Of a stretch of DNA of 64,000 nucleotides, positions 52,301-64,000 are shown piece by piece (within the stretch, counting starts at the first letter, position 1; each line of letters begins with the position of its first letter). Both the position numbers and the translations under genes were made by a program. The notes beneath the pieces are model-generated. The model was not told the origin of the DNA. It saw only the letters and a program-made list of their open reading frames with translations, and ran no database searches. This DNA is from Macrostomum lignano. Taxonomy: Eukaryota. The DNA lies in assembly GCA_002269645.1 (NCBI GenBank), contig NIVC01000532.1:310001-374000 (forward strand), in the 5' to 3' direction.

Positions 52301-52834
52301 AGCAGTAGGAAGAGTTGAAATAAGAAGTAGAAAATGTACATCTGTACGTGGATTATGGGTCCAATTGATTTTAATTTGTCTACGAGCGTATTCTGTTGTA
52401 TCAGTCATTGTACTCAATCAGTCAAATAACAAATTTTCCTTTAAACTGATTGTATACATTGATCAAATTATGGTTATGACTCAGCTCCAAGCTATATATT
52501 GCCAAATGCATGCAAAATTATAATGTTCAGCATTTGTGACCCTCAAGCCAACTTTTATATTGCGCAATTCCCCTAAATTCACGAATTTACATTTGAAAAT
52601 ATTATCACGTATCCAAAGAGTCAAGAAATTGAGCACAACATTTTTAATTTCCAGATTTTTGACAACTAAAAGCAGACTGTTGCAGAAAAAGCAGAAAAGG
52701 CCAATTTTCTGGAAACAAATTGGCAGATTTTTTTAATATTACACCCTGGTATAAGGGCCAGTCCACTGAGTGCAAAAATGCAAAAATTTTCTTCTGTACA
52801 TTTTTTTCACCCTCGGTGCCCTTCTAGAGCAGTG
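49367..52834 (-). mobile_element. Chapaev-type (CMC/Transib-RAG1-related) DNA transposon, 3468 bp
   Basis: Termini CACTGCTCTAGAAGGGCACC ... GGTGCCCTTCTAGAGCAGTG. TIRs of about 229 bp (49367-49595 and 52606-52834) with a few mismatches. Central transposase ORF. No TSD is visible. Confidence 0.88.
50043..52165 (-). CDS. Transposase with Cys/His Chapa-like N-terminus and RAG1-core-like DDE domain; one-base frameshift near codon 21
   Basis: ATG at 52165 gives MASHKSHDENRLKVCLLCFKK, which joins the 693-aa frame across an A5 run (52104-52108). Motifs: H-x7-C-x2-C, C-x2-C, C-x-C-x2-C, C-x2-C-x9-H-x-C; IGIDGGGG, AVDMKLANLILGLQ...CPWC, ELHLMLG, FNGNECSKLL, KVHALLAHVPEF, GFWSEQASES. Confidence 0.85.
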
Positions 52835-53244
52835 TGGCTGTTGTCTAATAAAAACTTAGATTGAAAGCGACTGATACGATTTATGATTTAAGATGCTTAC
52901 TGACCTCTAACTGTACTGAGAAATCCTGTGTACTATATAATTCCTAAGTTGCTGTGTTAGAAATAGTCAACACTGCCACCACTGCGCACTGTCTCCCTGT
53001 CTAACTGAAATGCTAAGCTATTCCCAGAGTTAGCTGAGCTTGCAAGCTATCTTCTGCTCCTTTCACACGCTATTCTAAAGTTTCTATTCAATAAAATGTT
53101 TTAAATCGTATCGATTGATATTATTGTACTAGTCTTTGTTTCCTTATATAGTTCCTGTCCTCTCTATCGCTGCTTTGGAAAAATCGGAGTACTCTGATGT
53201 CTCTATTGTTTGTTCTTTAACATTAGTAGCTTTGCAGCGAATAT

Positions 53245-53706
53245 CTATGGCCAAGCCGAGCTCAATGCTAACAGGGGCGCCGTAAGATTCACCCATATAG
53301 TCTATGGCCAAGCCGAGCTCAATGCTAACAGCCGAGCCATAAGCTTCACCCAAATAGTCTATGGCCAAGCCGAGCTCAATGCTAACAGTGGAGCCATAAG
53401 CTTCACCCATATAGTCTATGGCCAAGCCGAGCTCAAGGCTAACAGCGGAGCCATAAGCTTCACCAATATAGTCTATGGCCAAGCCGAACTCAATGCTAAC
53501 AGTGGAGCCATAAGCTTCACCCATATAGTCTATGGCCAAGCCGAGCTCAATGCTAACAGTGGAGCCATAAGCTTCACCCATATAGTCTATGGCCAAGCCG
53601 AGCTCAAGGCTAACAGCGGAGCCATAAGCTTCACCAATATAGTCTATGGCCAAGCCGAACTCAATGCTAACAGTGGAGCCATAAGCTTCACCCATATAGT
53701 CTATGG
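53245..53706. repeat. 57-bp tandem repeat, about 8 copies, stop-free on both strands
   Basis: Unit translates as YGQAELNANSGAISFTHIV (+) or MGEAYGSTVSIELGLAIDY (-). Confidence 0.93.
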
Positions 53707-53761
53707 CTCAAAGTCAATCGAATTTCTGTTTTTTGCTGTACCCTTGCAATCTAGCAGGGTT

Positions 53762-54857
53762 CAGGGACTACTCAATTCTCGGGACGGGAAACGGCCAAAT
53801 GATGCAGAAAAAAGATGGAGGCCGATTTTCTCTGTTCTCTGCTGGTCTTATGTTTTATCGCAAGAGCTTCAGCTTTTCACTATGTTAACAAAATTTATCC
53901 CTCTTCAACTTCCTGTAGCCTGTTTCTACTCAAATAATTTCGGATAAATGCTAGGAGACATTTTATACAGTACCCCTTTAATACACAAACTCGATGCTTG
54001 ATAAGCCAAGTGCATCTGTTGTAGAAGTCTGTGGGAAACATTGAAGCAAGAAGTGAAAGCTTGATTCGTGATGACAGTATTTTCTAATTCCAACACTTGA
54101 AGAAATGACGACGACATCGCTTTCAACTCATGCTGAACAAACAGTTGAAAATTCATGCATCGAACGATAATGGCATCGAGTTGTGAAAAATACTTCAATG
54201 TAGGCTGGAATCCTAGCAGATCTCTCAGCGGAACCGGCGAATGATAGTGAAAAGCACGAGTTGCAAAGTTGGACGAAATAAAAATCTTGATCTTTAGTGC
54301 TCCGCTCGAATCCAAACCAAACAAATAAACTTCTTCATTGCATAACGATACAAACAGCGAATGTTGAGCAACGATATCTGATGATTTGAGTGCAGAAACG
54401 AGCTCGCTCCAGCCTGGCAAACTGTCGATTTTACGAAATTCTTCCAACTCGTCCGGTTTAAAATTTCTTTCGGCAGACAAAACGCGACGGACTTTTGGTT
54501 TTCTCGCTAATGCTAAAATGGTATCAGTCCTTACCTTATAGGCCATCGTATAATACAAGCTTTCACTTCTTGCTTCAATGTTTCCCATAGACTTCTACAA
54601 CAGATGCACTTGGCTTATCAAGCATCGAGTTTGTGTATTAAAGGGGTACTGTATAAAATGTCTCCTAGCATTTATCCGAAATTATTTGAGTAGAAACAGG
54701 CTACAGGAAGTTGAAGAGGGATAATTTTTGTTAACATAGTGAAAAGCTGAAGCTCTTGCGATAAAACATAAGATCAGCAGAGAACAGAGAAAATCGGCCT
54801 CCATCTTTTTTCTGCATGATTTGGCCGTTTCCCGTCCCGAGAATTGAGTAGTCCCTG
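53762..54857. mobile_element. Non-autonomous foldback-like DNA transposon (hAT or P superfamily), 1096 bp
   Basis: 302-bp TIRs (53762-54063 and 54556-54857) starting CAGGGACTACTC, with about four substitutions by eye. Perfect 8-bp TSD GCAGGGTT at 53754-53761 and 54858-54865. Confidence 0.9.
53926..54588 (-). pseudogene. Possible transposase-derived fragment inside the foldback element
   Basis: 220-aa frame with non-repetitive composition. LRDLLGFQPTLKYFSQLDAII and LYKMSPSIY loosely recall the pre-catalytic region of THAP/P-type transposases. Recall only; no catalytic motif is seen. Confidence 0.35.
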
Positions 54858-55814
54858 GCAGGGTTCTAATTACTTATTTCCATCCAGTCTGCAACAGAGG
54901 TGCCAGACAAGATGACAGTCTCAGCAAGTAGGATAGTCAGGCAGACTGATAGACAGACAACCCTCACTTCTTCGTCACTATTGGTCAACTTTTATTTGAT
55001 GAATTATTCTGTGTTTGAGCAGCAGGGTCGCGCAGTGAGCCACAGCTCTGGTAATTAGTGGTCAGATAGAGCCGCCAGTGTTCTCTCTGCTTTTAAAAAA
55101 GAGAATAGTTAAAGACACGAGACAGCTATCGAGCTTAGCGCAAAGCAAAATGAAATACAACTCAACAAAAGGTCTGGCAAGAGAGTAATAGAAATTGCTC
55201 TTTTGACAAGACGCCGGGACGCGCAGCTAGTGTTTGGCAGTCTAGGCTGTCGAATACAAGAGGCTTAAGCCTCGGGGAAGTGTTTACAAACCGAAACCCA
55301 CCCTCCCCGCCTCTACTCACTCGGGAGTGGAAAGTGAAGGCGAACCAGAGACACTGATCTTTCCTGCAGCTCTCCGCGTCACACACTGCTCCACCCGGAA
55401 GACACAGCTAGGCACTTACCTTGACAGGAGGGTCAATAACCACCTCAGAGAGCAGCCCACTCGTTCCCTTCCGAGATCTCTGTCTATTTCTCATTCCCCT
55501 CTGCTGTCTAACTTAGAGACCTTGAGGTCCTTGACAACGGGCAAACAGATCTCCAAAATAATGGCACGTTGCCACCAATCTAGGCAGGGTTGGGAGACAG
55601 CTGATCTTTAACTGCCTGACTTCTCATATTAGTGACTATCGGTGAATAAACACAGCGGAGGATTGCCGACCCGGAAGGCAGATGGCGTGACGGCGCAGAG
55701 CTGGAGAGTTTAATTACACCAGGAATTGGTGCAGCCTTGAAGTCAGCTTTGCCAAGGCAAAATGTGCCTGCCACAAGAGGTGTCAATAAGCTGGGCCTTG
55801 CAATAGACATGCGC

Positions 55815-56595
55815 CACAATCTAGCGCCACAATCTAGCGCCACAATCTAGCGCCATAGTCTAGCACCAACAATCTAGCGCCACAATCTAGCGCCACAATC
55901 TAGCGCCACAATCTAGCGCCACAATCTAGTGCCATAGTCTAGCACCAACAATCTAGCGCCACAATCTAGCGCCACAATCTAGCGCCACAATCTAGCGCCA
56001 CAATCTAGCGCCATAGTCTAGCGCCACAATCTAGCGCCACAATCTAGCGCCACAATCTAGCGCCATAGTCTAGCACCAACAATCTAGCGCCAGAATCTAG
56101 CGCCAAAATTGATTGCCACAATCTAGCGCCATAGTCTAGCACCAACAATCTAGCGCCACAATCTAGCGCCACAATCTAGCGCCATAGTCTAGCGCCACAA
56201 TCTAGCGCCACAATCTAGCGCCATAGTCTAGCACCAACAATCTAGCGCCACAATCTAGCGCCACAATCTAGCGCCATAGTCTAGCGCCACAATCTAGCGC
56301 CACAATCTAGCGCCATAGTCTAGCACCAACAATCTAGCGCCACAATCTAGCGCCACAATCTAGCGCCACAATCTAGCGCCACAATCTAGCGCCACAATCT
56401 AGCGCCACAATCTAGCGCCATAGTCTAGCACCAACAATCTAGCGCCAGAATCTAGCGCCAAAATTGATTGCCACTATCTAGCGCTATAGTCTAGCGCCAC
56501 TATCTAGCGCCACACTCAGGCGCCACAATGTCGTGCCATAGTCTAGCGCCATAGTCTACTGCCAGAATCTAGCGCCACTATCTAGCGCCACAATC
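55815..56595. repeat. 13-bp minisatellite (CTAGCGCCACAAT)
   Basis: Includes CATAGT and CACCAAC variants in a higher-order pattern. Confidence 0.95.
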
Positions 56596-57454
56596 TGATG
56601 CTTGAATTTCCTTACCAAAGAATCTCTTCCATTCAAAGAAGAAAGCATCGCTAATCTGTAGTGAAGTCGCTCAGTCCTTTCCTGTTTTCTTCCTGCCTCG
56701 GAAGGAAGCCCCGAGATTCGGCGCGCGTGGGGAGGTGACTGGGGGTGGCTGGGTGCTCAAGAGCTGCCAATTTGTTAATGCCGATAAAAAGGAGCGATGG
56801 AGAGAGAGAGGGTGGAGGAGGAGAAGATAAACGGGAAAGAGAGCCAAAAAGGATTCCCAGTTGAGGCCAGCAAGGGTAATTTGGTTTCCTCAACAATGCC
56901 TCATCAGAGTCGAAGGGAAGGCGGCCCAGCATCCCTTGGCCCACTTGACAAGTGGGAGAAGCCAGTTGAGCAATTGGCCGCGGCTCAAGACAGAAGAGAG
57001 CAGACTCAGGAAGTGAGGCTGGATGTTTGATGTGGCAAATTTGTCGCAAAAAGATGTGAAGCCGCCGCCGCCGCCGCCACCTCCGCTGAGGGGGCCCGGG
57101 GAAAAGCAGAAATTGCATCAGCCTCGTTATCTCGTTAAAGCAGCAAAAGAAGAGGATGGGCGTGGCAGATAGGAAGGCCGAGTTTCCAGGGAGGTGGGGG
57201 AGCATTGATGGGGCTTCCAGCTTCCTGATTCTATTTTGATTTGCCTCATTTGATTGGTTGAATTGGTTGGCCTGGGCCTCGCTCTGAGAGAGCAGAAGCT
57301 CGGCTGATAAAAGTTGCGCGAATCGCTTTATCAAAATCGGTTAATTTGTGGCCGAGTTCAGCTTAAGGATATTGGGGATCTTGGCTGCGAACTGTAACTG
57401 CAGGGGAATGCGATGCTTACCGTGAGATTTCTCATGTGTCACCAACACTGATGG

Positions 57455-58630
57455 GTCACAGATTCTCATGTATCCTAGATTCTTATGTACATCAGATTCT
57501 CATGTACCCTGATTCTCATGTATCACCGATTCTCATGTATCACAGATTCTCATGTATCGCAGATTCTCATGTATCACAGATTCTCATGTATCACAGATTC
57601 TCATGTGTCTCAGATTTTAATGTATCACAGATTTCCATGTATCACAGATTCTCATGTATCCCAGATTCTCATGTATCACAGATTCTCATGTATCACAGAT
57701 TTTCATGTATCGCCGATTCTCATGTATCACAGATTCTCATGTATCACAGATTCTCATGTATCACAGATTCTCATGTATCACAGATTCTCATGTATCACAG
57801 ATTCTCATGTATCACAGATTCTCATGTGTCTCAGATTTTAATGTATCACAGATTTCCATGTATCACAGATTCTCATGTATCCCAGATTCTCATGTATCAC
57901 AGATTCTCATGTATCACAGATTTTCATGTATCGCCGATTCTCATGTATCACAGATTCTCATGTATCACAGATTCTCATGTATCACAGATTCTCAGGTATC
58001 ACCGATTCTCGTGAATCACCGATTCTTACGTATCACAGAATCTTATGTATCACAGATTCTCATGTGTCACAGATTTTCATGTATCACCGATTCTCATGTA
58101 TCACAGATTCTCATGTATCACAGATTCTCATGTATCACCGATTCTCATGTATCACAGATTCTCATGTATCACAGATTCGCAGGTATCACCGATTCTCGTG
58201 AATCACCGATTCTTACGTATCACAGAATCTTATGTATCACAGATTCTCATGTGTCACAGATTTTCATGTATCACCGATTCTCATGTATCACAGAATCTTA
58301 TGTATCACAGATTCTCATGTATCCCAGATTCTCATGTATCACAGATTCTCATGTATCACAGATTCTAAGGTATCACAGATTCTCATGTATCACAGATTCT
58401 CATGTATCACAGATTCTCATGTATCACAGATTCGCAGGTATCACCGATTCTCGTGAATCACCGATTCTTACGTATCACAGATTCTCAGATATCACAGATT
58501 CCCATGCATCACATATTTTCATGTATTTCATGTATTTTCATGTTCCACTGATTCTTATGTATCACAGATTTTCATATATCACATATTTTCATGTATTTTA
58601 TGTACTCTCATGTATCACCGATTCTCGTGT
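57455..58630. repeat. 17-bp minisatellite (TCATGTATCACAGATTC)
   Basis: About 68 copies with a decaying 3' edge. Confidence 0.96.
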
Positions 58631-59177
58631 ATCACTGATTTTCATTTCATGTATTTTATGCATCGCAAATTCTACTTTTGTCTGGTATTATATTGCTGTT
58701 TATATATTCCTTGATATTTTTTCTGCTTTTATAACATCGAATTGTAGGATGAGAGATGCCAGCCACAAAGGCCGACGTCAACCGTGGCAGCTGTTGACTC
58801 AGCCAAACCAGCTGTGAGTTGATTGCTCTTAAAATTTGAGTCTCTTCATTATCTTTCCTAGCTGCATCTTTCGCCGACTCACAGTCTGTCATGTGTTCAA
58901 GCGGATTGTCAAGGGGCTGTTAGATCATCGTGAGATGTTCTGAAGTTCCCAGTGCAGGCTCTTATTCAGCCGATTAGAAATGAATGAGCTCCAAGCCAGT
59001 GCAATTGCCAATAATTGGCGCTATCGAATTTTCATTTGTGGTTTCCTGCCTGCCTTGCTTCGTCTGCTTTTTGGTTTCTCACACTTTATTCACAGAAGTA
59101 GTTTCAGCAATGCTAATCAGCTTTTTGTATTAGGATCCTTTTGTGTATGAGAGACCAAAGGAAGAAAGGTAAGAAGG

Positions 59178-60010
59178 ATTAGGAAGCGATGGATTAGGAA
59201 GCGATAGATTAGGAAGCGATGGATTAGGAAGCGATGGATTAGGAAGCGATGGAGTAAGAAGCGATGGATTAGGAAGCGGTGGAGTAAGAAGAGATGGGTT
59301 AGGAAGCGATGGATTAGGAAGCGATGGATTAGGAAGCGATGGATTAGGAAGCGACGGATTAGGAAGCGATGGAGTAAGAAGCGATGGATTAGGAAGCGAT
59401 GGATTAGGAAGCGATGGATTAGGAAGCGACGGATTAGGAAGCGATGGATTAGGAAGCGATGGATTAGGAAGCGATGGATTAGGAAGCGATGGATTAGGAA
59501 GCGATGGATTAGGAAGCGATGGATTAGGAAGCGATGGATTAGGAAGCGATGGATTAGGAAGCGATGGATTAGAAAGCGATGGATTAGGAAGCGATGGATT
59601 AGGAAGCGATAGATTAGGAAGCGATGGATTAGGAAGCGATGGATTAGGAAGCGATGGAGTAAGAAGCGATGGATTAGGAAGCGGTGGAGTAAGAAGAGAT
59701 GGGTTAGGAAGCGATGGATTAGGAAGCGATGGATTAGGAAGCGATGGATTAGGAAGCGACGGATTAGGAAGCGATGGAGTAAGAAGCGATGGATTAGGAA
59801 GCGATGGATTAGGAAGCGATGGATTAGGAAGCGACGGATTAGGAAGCGATGGATTAGGAAGCGATGGATTAGGAAGCGATGGATTAGGAAGCGATGGATT
59901 AGGAAGCGATGGATTAGGAAGCGATGGATTAGGAAGCGATGGATTAGGAAGCGATGGATTAGGAAGCGATGGATTAGAAAGCGATGGATTAGGAAGCGAT
60001 GGATTAGAAA
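59178..60010. repeat. 15-bp minisatellite (GGATTAGGAAGCGAT)
   Basis: About 55 copies, with a duplicated block of variant units. Confidence 0.97.
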
Positions 60011-62599
60011 GTGACGCGGATTAAGAAGCAAGGGATTAAGAATCGAGGAGTTAAGAAGCATAGATAAAGGGGGCGCGTGCTCCAGCAAAGAAACTGAAAC
60101 GAGCCAAAGCAGACAAGACTAAATCATTGTAAGCTAATACTCAGCGGCCAACTTTGCAGTCTTTGTCTCTGGAAAATCAAGCGAAAAGAATCAGCATTTC
60201 CAACAACCCTGTTAACCTGCATGATCATTAATCACTCATGCCGGTATGAAGCTCAGCTGGAAGGCATAACAGGGATCACGACTGTGTGCCACCCCATCTG
60301 TTGTTTTCGAGCTCCATATTGACGTCCGGTTACAACCCTATCTCCCTACCTCTCCCAGCCACTTCACATCCTGCCCAGTGCCCCCATTCGAACTCAGGTT
60401 TGAATTGTCCGGAAACTCGATGAGCCTCGCTATTCGATAGCAATCTAAGCAGTCAGGTAAGAGCCGATGGCCCGGCTCCTTTTTTTGAGTGCAGATCGCA
60501 TGCGGGGCATTAAAATGAAAGAGAGAGAGAGAAAGAGAAAGGTGCGCCAATCTTCGGAGTGAAATTATAACCAAATGCCATCCGTATCATCCATCTGCAT
60601 TAGCCGCCGTTATGCGCAGGACCGTGATCGATATTTTGCCTGGCGATTCTCCAGAGTCCGGTTCGGTAGGGCGGTGGGGGATTAAAAATGGGCGGCGGAT
60701 CTGCCCAGCTCTCCGAGAGCTCCTCCCACGGCCCGCTCTTCCGCCGATCCGTCTCGGAGACAAAAAACATCTGGCCAACTTCATCTTGGCTCACCTCCGG
60801 TATAGCAGCCGAATAGGGGATTTAATAGGATTAAAAAGCCGGGCTGCTTATGAATACACGCGATACGACACGCTGGTCAAATTGCATGAAAGATTGGGGC
60901 CGGAGCCGCGCGGCCCCGCCCAAAGTCTGGAGTCAAAGCGGCCATCTGCTGCAGAAAAAATATTTGTTTCATGACAGTCGCTGACTTATCATAATTACAC
61001 GTATACAGTGATACATGTATATGCCAATCTCCAATGTCGATCTTTGATCGAGGAGCGAGATCGCTTTATAAAAAATTGTCGCTTGGCTACCATTAAATTA
61101 TCAACTTTTGTTTATTGAGATTAATTTCCTCACTTTTGGTTGGATTTTAATAGAATATATTCTGGACGGTGTATAGTACTAATAGTAGTAATAAATATAA
61201 AACGTGTGGTTAAAATACAGCATTAGTAGTAGATGACATGCTCTCAGAAGTATTGATAGAAACTGACGCAAAAGTCAAAGACCACTGTATATTAAGGAAA
61301 ATCTGTCCTTAAAAAAATTGGTCTTTAAAAACTGGATATACAGTGGTCCTTGGCAAAAGTTTTTGTAATTGGAATGGATGGCTTCTGATTAAAACTATTT
61401 AACACAAAAAGCGGAAAAAAGTTAAATACCTTGTCCATACAAACAAGACACAAAAAGTAAAAAAAGCAGTTAAAAAGTGTACATTGCGCATAAAAAAATA
61501 GTTTACTTCGAAAAAATTTATTTACTCTTTTCAGCAATTAAGTATGTTAATCAAATTTTGTTTTATCGCCCTAAAGCTTCGTTTCTAGTTTTCAAAAGCA
61601 TCATATAAGATAAATTTAATCAGGGTTTGCACGAAAATTGACTAGCATACAGAAATACTATACTATACTCCATTGAACTTTAATCCAACAATATTACTGA
61701 GCTAAAGCTATTGAGCAAGAGCATCTTTGTCTATTTCACAAAGGAGCCAAACAAACATCATCAGTTAATAAAAGAGAAATAAAAGATTTAATAGAAAACT
61801 AGAGAATGGGCATATGCAAATATACAGCTAGCCGCAAAGCCAAAGGACAAAAGTACTTTAGAGAGATGGAAAATTTATTTTTTTGTATAGGTTTTTGGAA
61901 GAATAATAAATTGATATGCTAATTAAATATCTTCAATGATATCATGCTCAGGGTTTATTATAAGAGAAGAGACTTAGGTAATTTAATGACCACTGAAAAA
62001 TAACATATTAGCATAGAAGCATAGATTTTTATAAAATTTTGAACATATTGTGGATAATAGTAATAAAGTTGAGCACTAAGTGGCTTACCAATCAGGATAA
62101 TTTAGCTTAGAATAATACTGTACATATAAAATAAATAATTAGGTTAGAAAGACAAAATATCATATTTGATAACAAAATGCTATCATAAAGAATCATAGAC
62201 CATATTAGTATATGGAAGTAATAAGTGAACTTAAATAGGAGCTATCAAATCCCATAATTGCTAATTGCTAATGAAAGCCATATTTTTTAAGACTTATAAT
62301 CAAATAGATAAATAGATACTTGTGGCGGCCAGACTACGCGACCGGCAGCACCAGTGCAGCCGCACTGGAAACCCCCCCCCCGCCTCTGTCTAGCTGAGGT
62401 GGGGTGGGTACGCGCCAAGCTAGCCGGCTCGCTAAGCCGGGGGGGTTGGCGTAGCCAATCACGCCATGCCACCTTTTCGCACCTCCCTTGGCCCCTCAAT
62501 CTGGCGTTGTTTGTAAATCTCATATAAATACACGCGCAAAGCAGCACAAACTCTTCGCTGCCATTCCATCTATTGAAACAAAAAGGCCTTCCGCCTCAT

Positions 62600-62612
62600 T
62601 GGTGAGCCCGAC
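62600..62612 (+). promoter_or_regulatory. Primer-binding site, tRNA-Trp-like
   Basis: TGGTGAGCCCGAC one base after the 5' LTR. 12/13 match to the complement of the vertebrate tRNA-Trp 3' end (TGGTGACCCCGAC), from memory. Confidence 0.6.
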
Positions 62613-62979
62613 ACCCAGCGCGGAACGCTGGGCCTACCTGGTCGGCCCTGTGCGGTCCTGGCAGCCAACCGCCTTGGCCGACTGCAACGGCAGCACCGCA
62701 GCACAGCAGCACCGCAGCACCGCAGCACCGCAGCACAGCAGCACCGCAGCCCAGCAGCACCGCAGCCCAGCAGCACGAATCGGCCCAGTCAGCCCGCCCC
62801 CCGGTAGCTCCTGGGGTCTCGCCTTTCGGCCCCGCGTTGGACCAACCAGCGCCACACGCTGCAGCTACTTCTAGGTTAGCACCGCTGCTGCTAGCCTAAC
62901 GTCCCCAGCCTCTGTGCAGGAGCATCGATCCGGCTCACGGCGGCAACTGACTGTCGATTGCCTCTGGTGTGGTACGGCC

Positions 62980-63570
62980 GCGCGCCCCTGCTGCCTTCGG
63001 CGCCCACCTGGCGCCCTGCTGCCATCGGCGCCCGCCTGGCGCCCTGCTGCTATCGGCGCCCGCCTGGCGCCCTGCTGTCTTCGGCGCCCGCCTGGCGTTC
63101 TGCTGCCATCGGCGCCCGCCTGGCGCCCTGCTGCTATCGGCGCCCGCCTGGCGCCCTGCTGTCTTCGGCGCCCGCCTGGCGTTCTGCTGCCTTCGGCGCC
63201 CGCCTGGCGCCCTGCTGCCTTCGGCGCCCGCCTGGCGCCCTGCTGCCTTCGGCGCCCGCCTCGCGCCCCTGCCGCCTTCGGCGCCCGCCTGGCGCCCTGC
63301 TGCTGCCTTCGGCGCCCGCCTGGCGCCCTGCTGCCTTCGGCGCCCGCCTGGCGCCCTGCTGCCTTCGGCGCCCGCCCGGCGCCCGCCTGGCGCCCTGCTG
63401 CTTTCGGCGCCCGCCCGGCGACCGCTCGGCGACCTGCTGCCATCGGCGCCCGCTCGGCGACCTGCTGCCATCGGCGCCCGCTCGGCGACCTGCTGCCATC
63501 GGCGCCCGCTCGGCGACCTGCTGCCATCGGCGCTCTGCTGCCTTCGGCGCCCGCCTCGCGCCCCCGCCGC
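62980..63570. repeat. 28-bp GC-rich minisatellite inside the LTR element (CTGCTGCCTTCGGCGCCCGCCTGGCGCC)
   Basis: About 20 variable copies; a shorter GCACCGCA repeat lies at about 62690-62775. Confidence 0.93.
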
Positions 63571-64000
63571 CTTCGGCGCCCGCTCCTCTGCGCTCTCGCT
63601 GCCTCGGCTACCACCCGACGTTCGGGCCTAGCTCGGTGCTGGGGGAGCTGTGTGGCGGCCAGACTACGCGACCGGCAGCACCAGTGCAGCCGCACTGGAA
63701 ACCCCCCCGCCTCTGTCTAGCTGAGGTGGGGTGGGTACGCGCCAAGCTAGCCGGCTCGCTAAGCCGGGGGGTTGGCGTAGCCAATCACGCCATGCCACCT
63801 TTTCGCACCTCCCTTGGCCCCTCAATCTGGCGTTGTTTGTAAATCTCATATAAATACACGCGCAAAGCAGCACAAACTCTTCGCTGCCATTCCATCTATT
63901 GAAACAAAAAGGCCTTCCGCCTCATACTAATATAAATAGAGACAAATCATTCTTAGTGTGGCTAAGTACATCTTCTTTATTTTGAATAATATAATAAATA

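Larger units (their letters stand above)
62321..63924 (+). mobile_element. Non-autonomous LTR retroelement (TRIM-like), 1604 bp
   Basis: LTRs 62321-62598 and 63651-63924 are TG...CA and identical except for two homopolymer lengths. 4-bp TSD TACT. PBS TGGTGAGCCCGAC at 62600. Purine tract GGGGGAG at 63641-63647. CCAAT and TATAAA in the LTR. No gag or pol. Confidence 0.92.

Noticed and set aside
49596-52605. RAG2-like gene or 12/23 RSS asymmetry (ProtoRAG-type element)
   Set aside because: Only about 450 bp remain on each side of the transposase, there is no second ORF of kelch/PHD type, the TIRs are symmetric, and CACTGCT is not the CACAGTG heptamer.
62321-62598. Hammerhead ribozyme in the LTR (retrozyme)
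   Set aside because: GAAAC is present but there is no CTGANGA core in a compatible arrangement.

Overview
Eukaryotic (animal) genomic DNA, not prokaryotic. Roughly one third of the window is tandem repeat: about 35 separate mini- and microsatellite blocks alternate with unique sequence. This style resembles the flatworm Macrostomum, but the organism is only an inference. Four spliced host genes can be reconstructed by hand with phase-consistent GT-AG junctions: (1) the last exon of a ONECUT homeobox gene (+, 4208-5016); (2) an R3HCC1L/GIDRP88-like gene with an EJC-binding-like motif and an RRM-like domain (-, 28889-24341); (3) prohibitin-2, head-to-head with it (+, 29883-33239); and (4) a five-exon Tbx2/3 (optomotor-blind-like) gene (+, 38134-47902). 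The last 15 kb holds three young mobile elements. The first is a 3.47-kb CAC...GTG DNA transposon with ~230-bp TIRs and a Chapaev-type, RAG1/Transib-core-like transposase that carries one homopolymer frameshift. The second is a 1.1-kb foldback-like element with 302-bp TIRs and an 8-bp TSD. The third is a 1.6-kb non-autonomous LTR retroelement (TRIM-like) with a 4-bp TSD, PBS, PPT and an internal minisatellite. Most long ORFs in the supplied track are artefacts of stop-free repeats. No CRISPR, rRNA or tRNA genes were found. All coordinates and alignments were done by eye, with no database searches.
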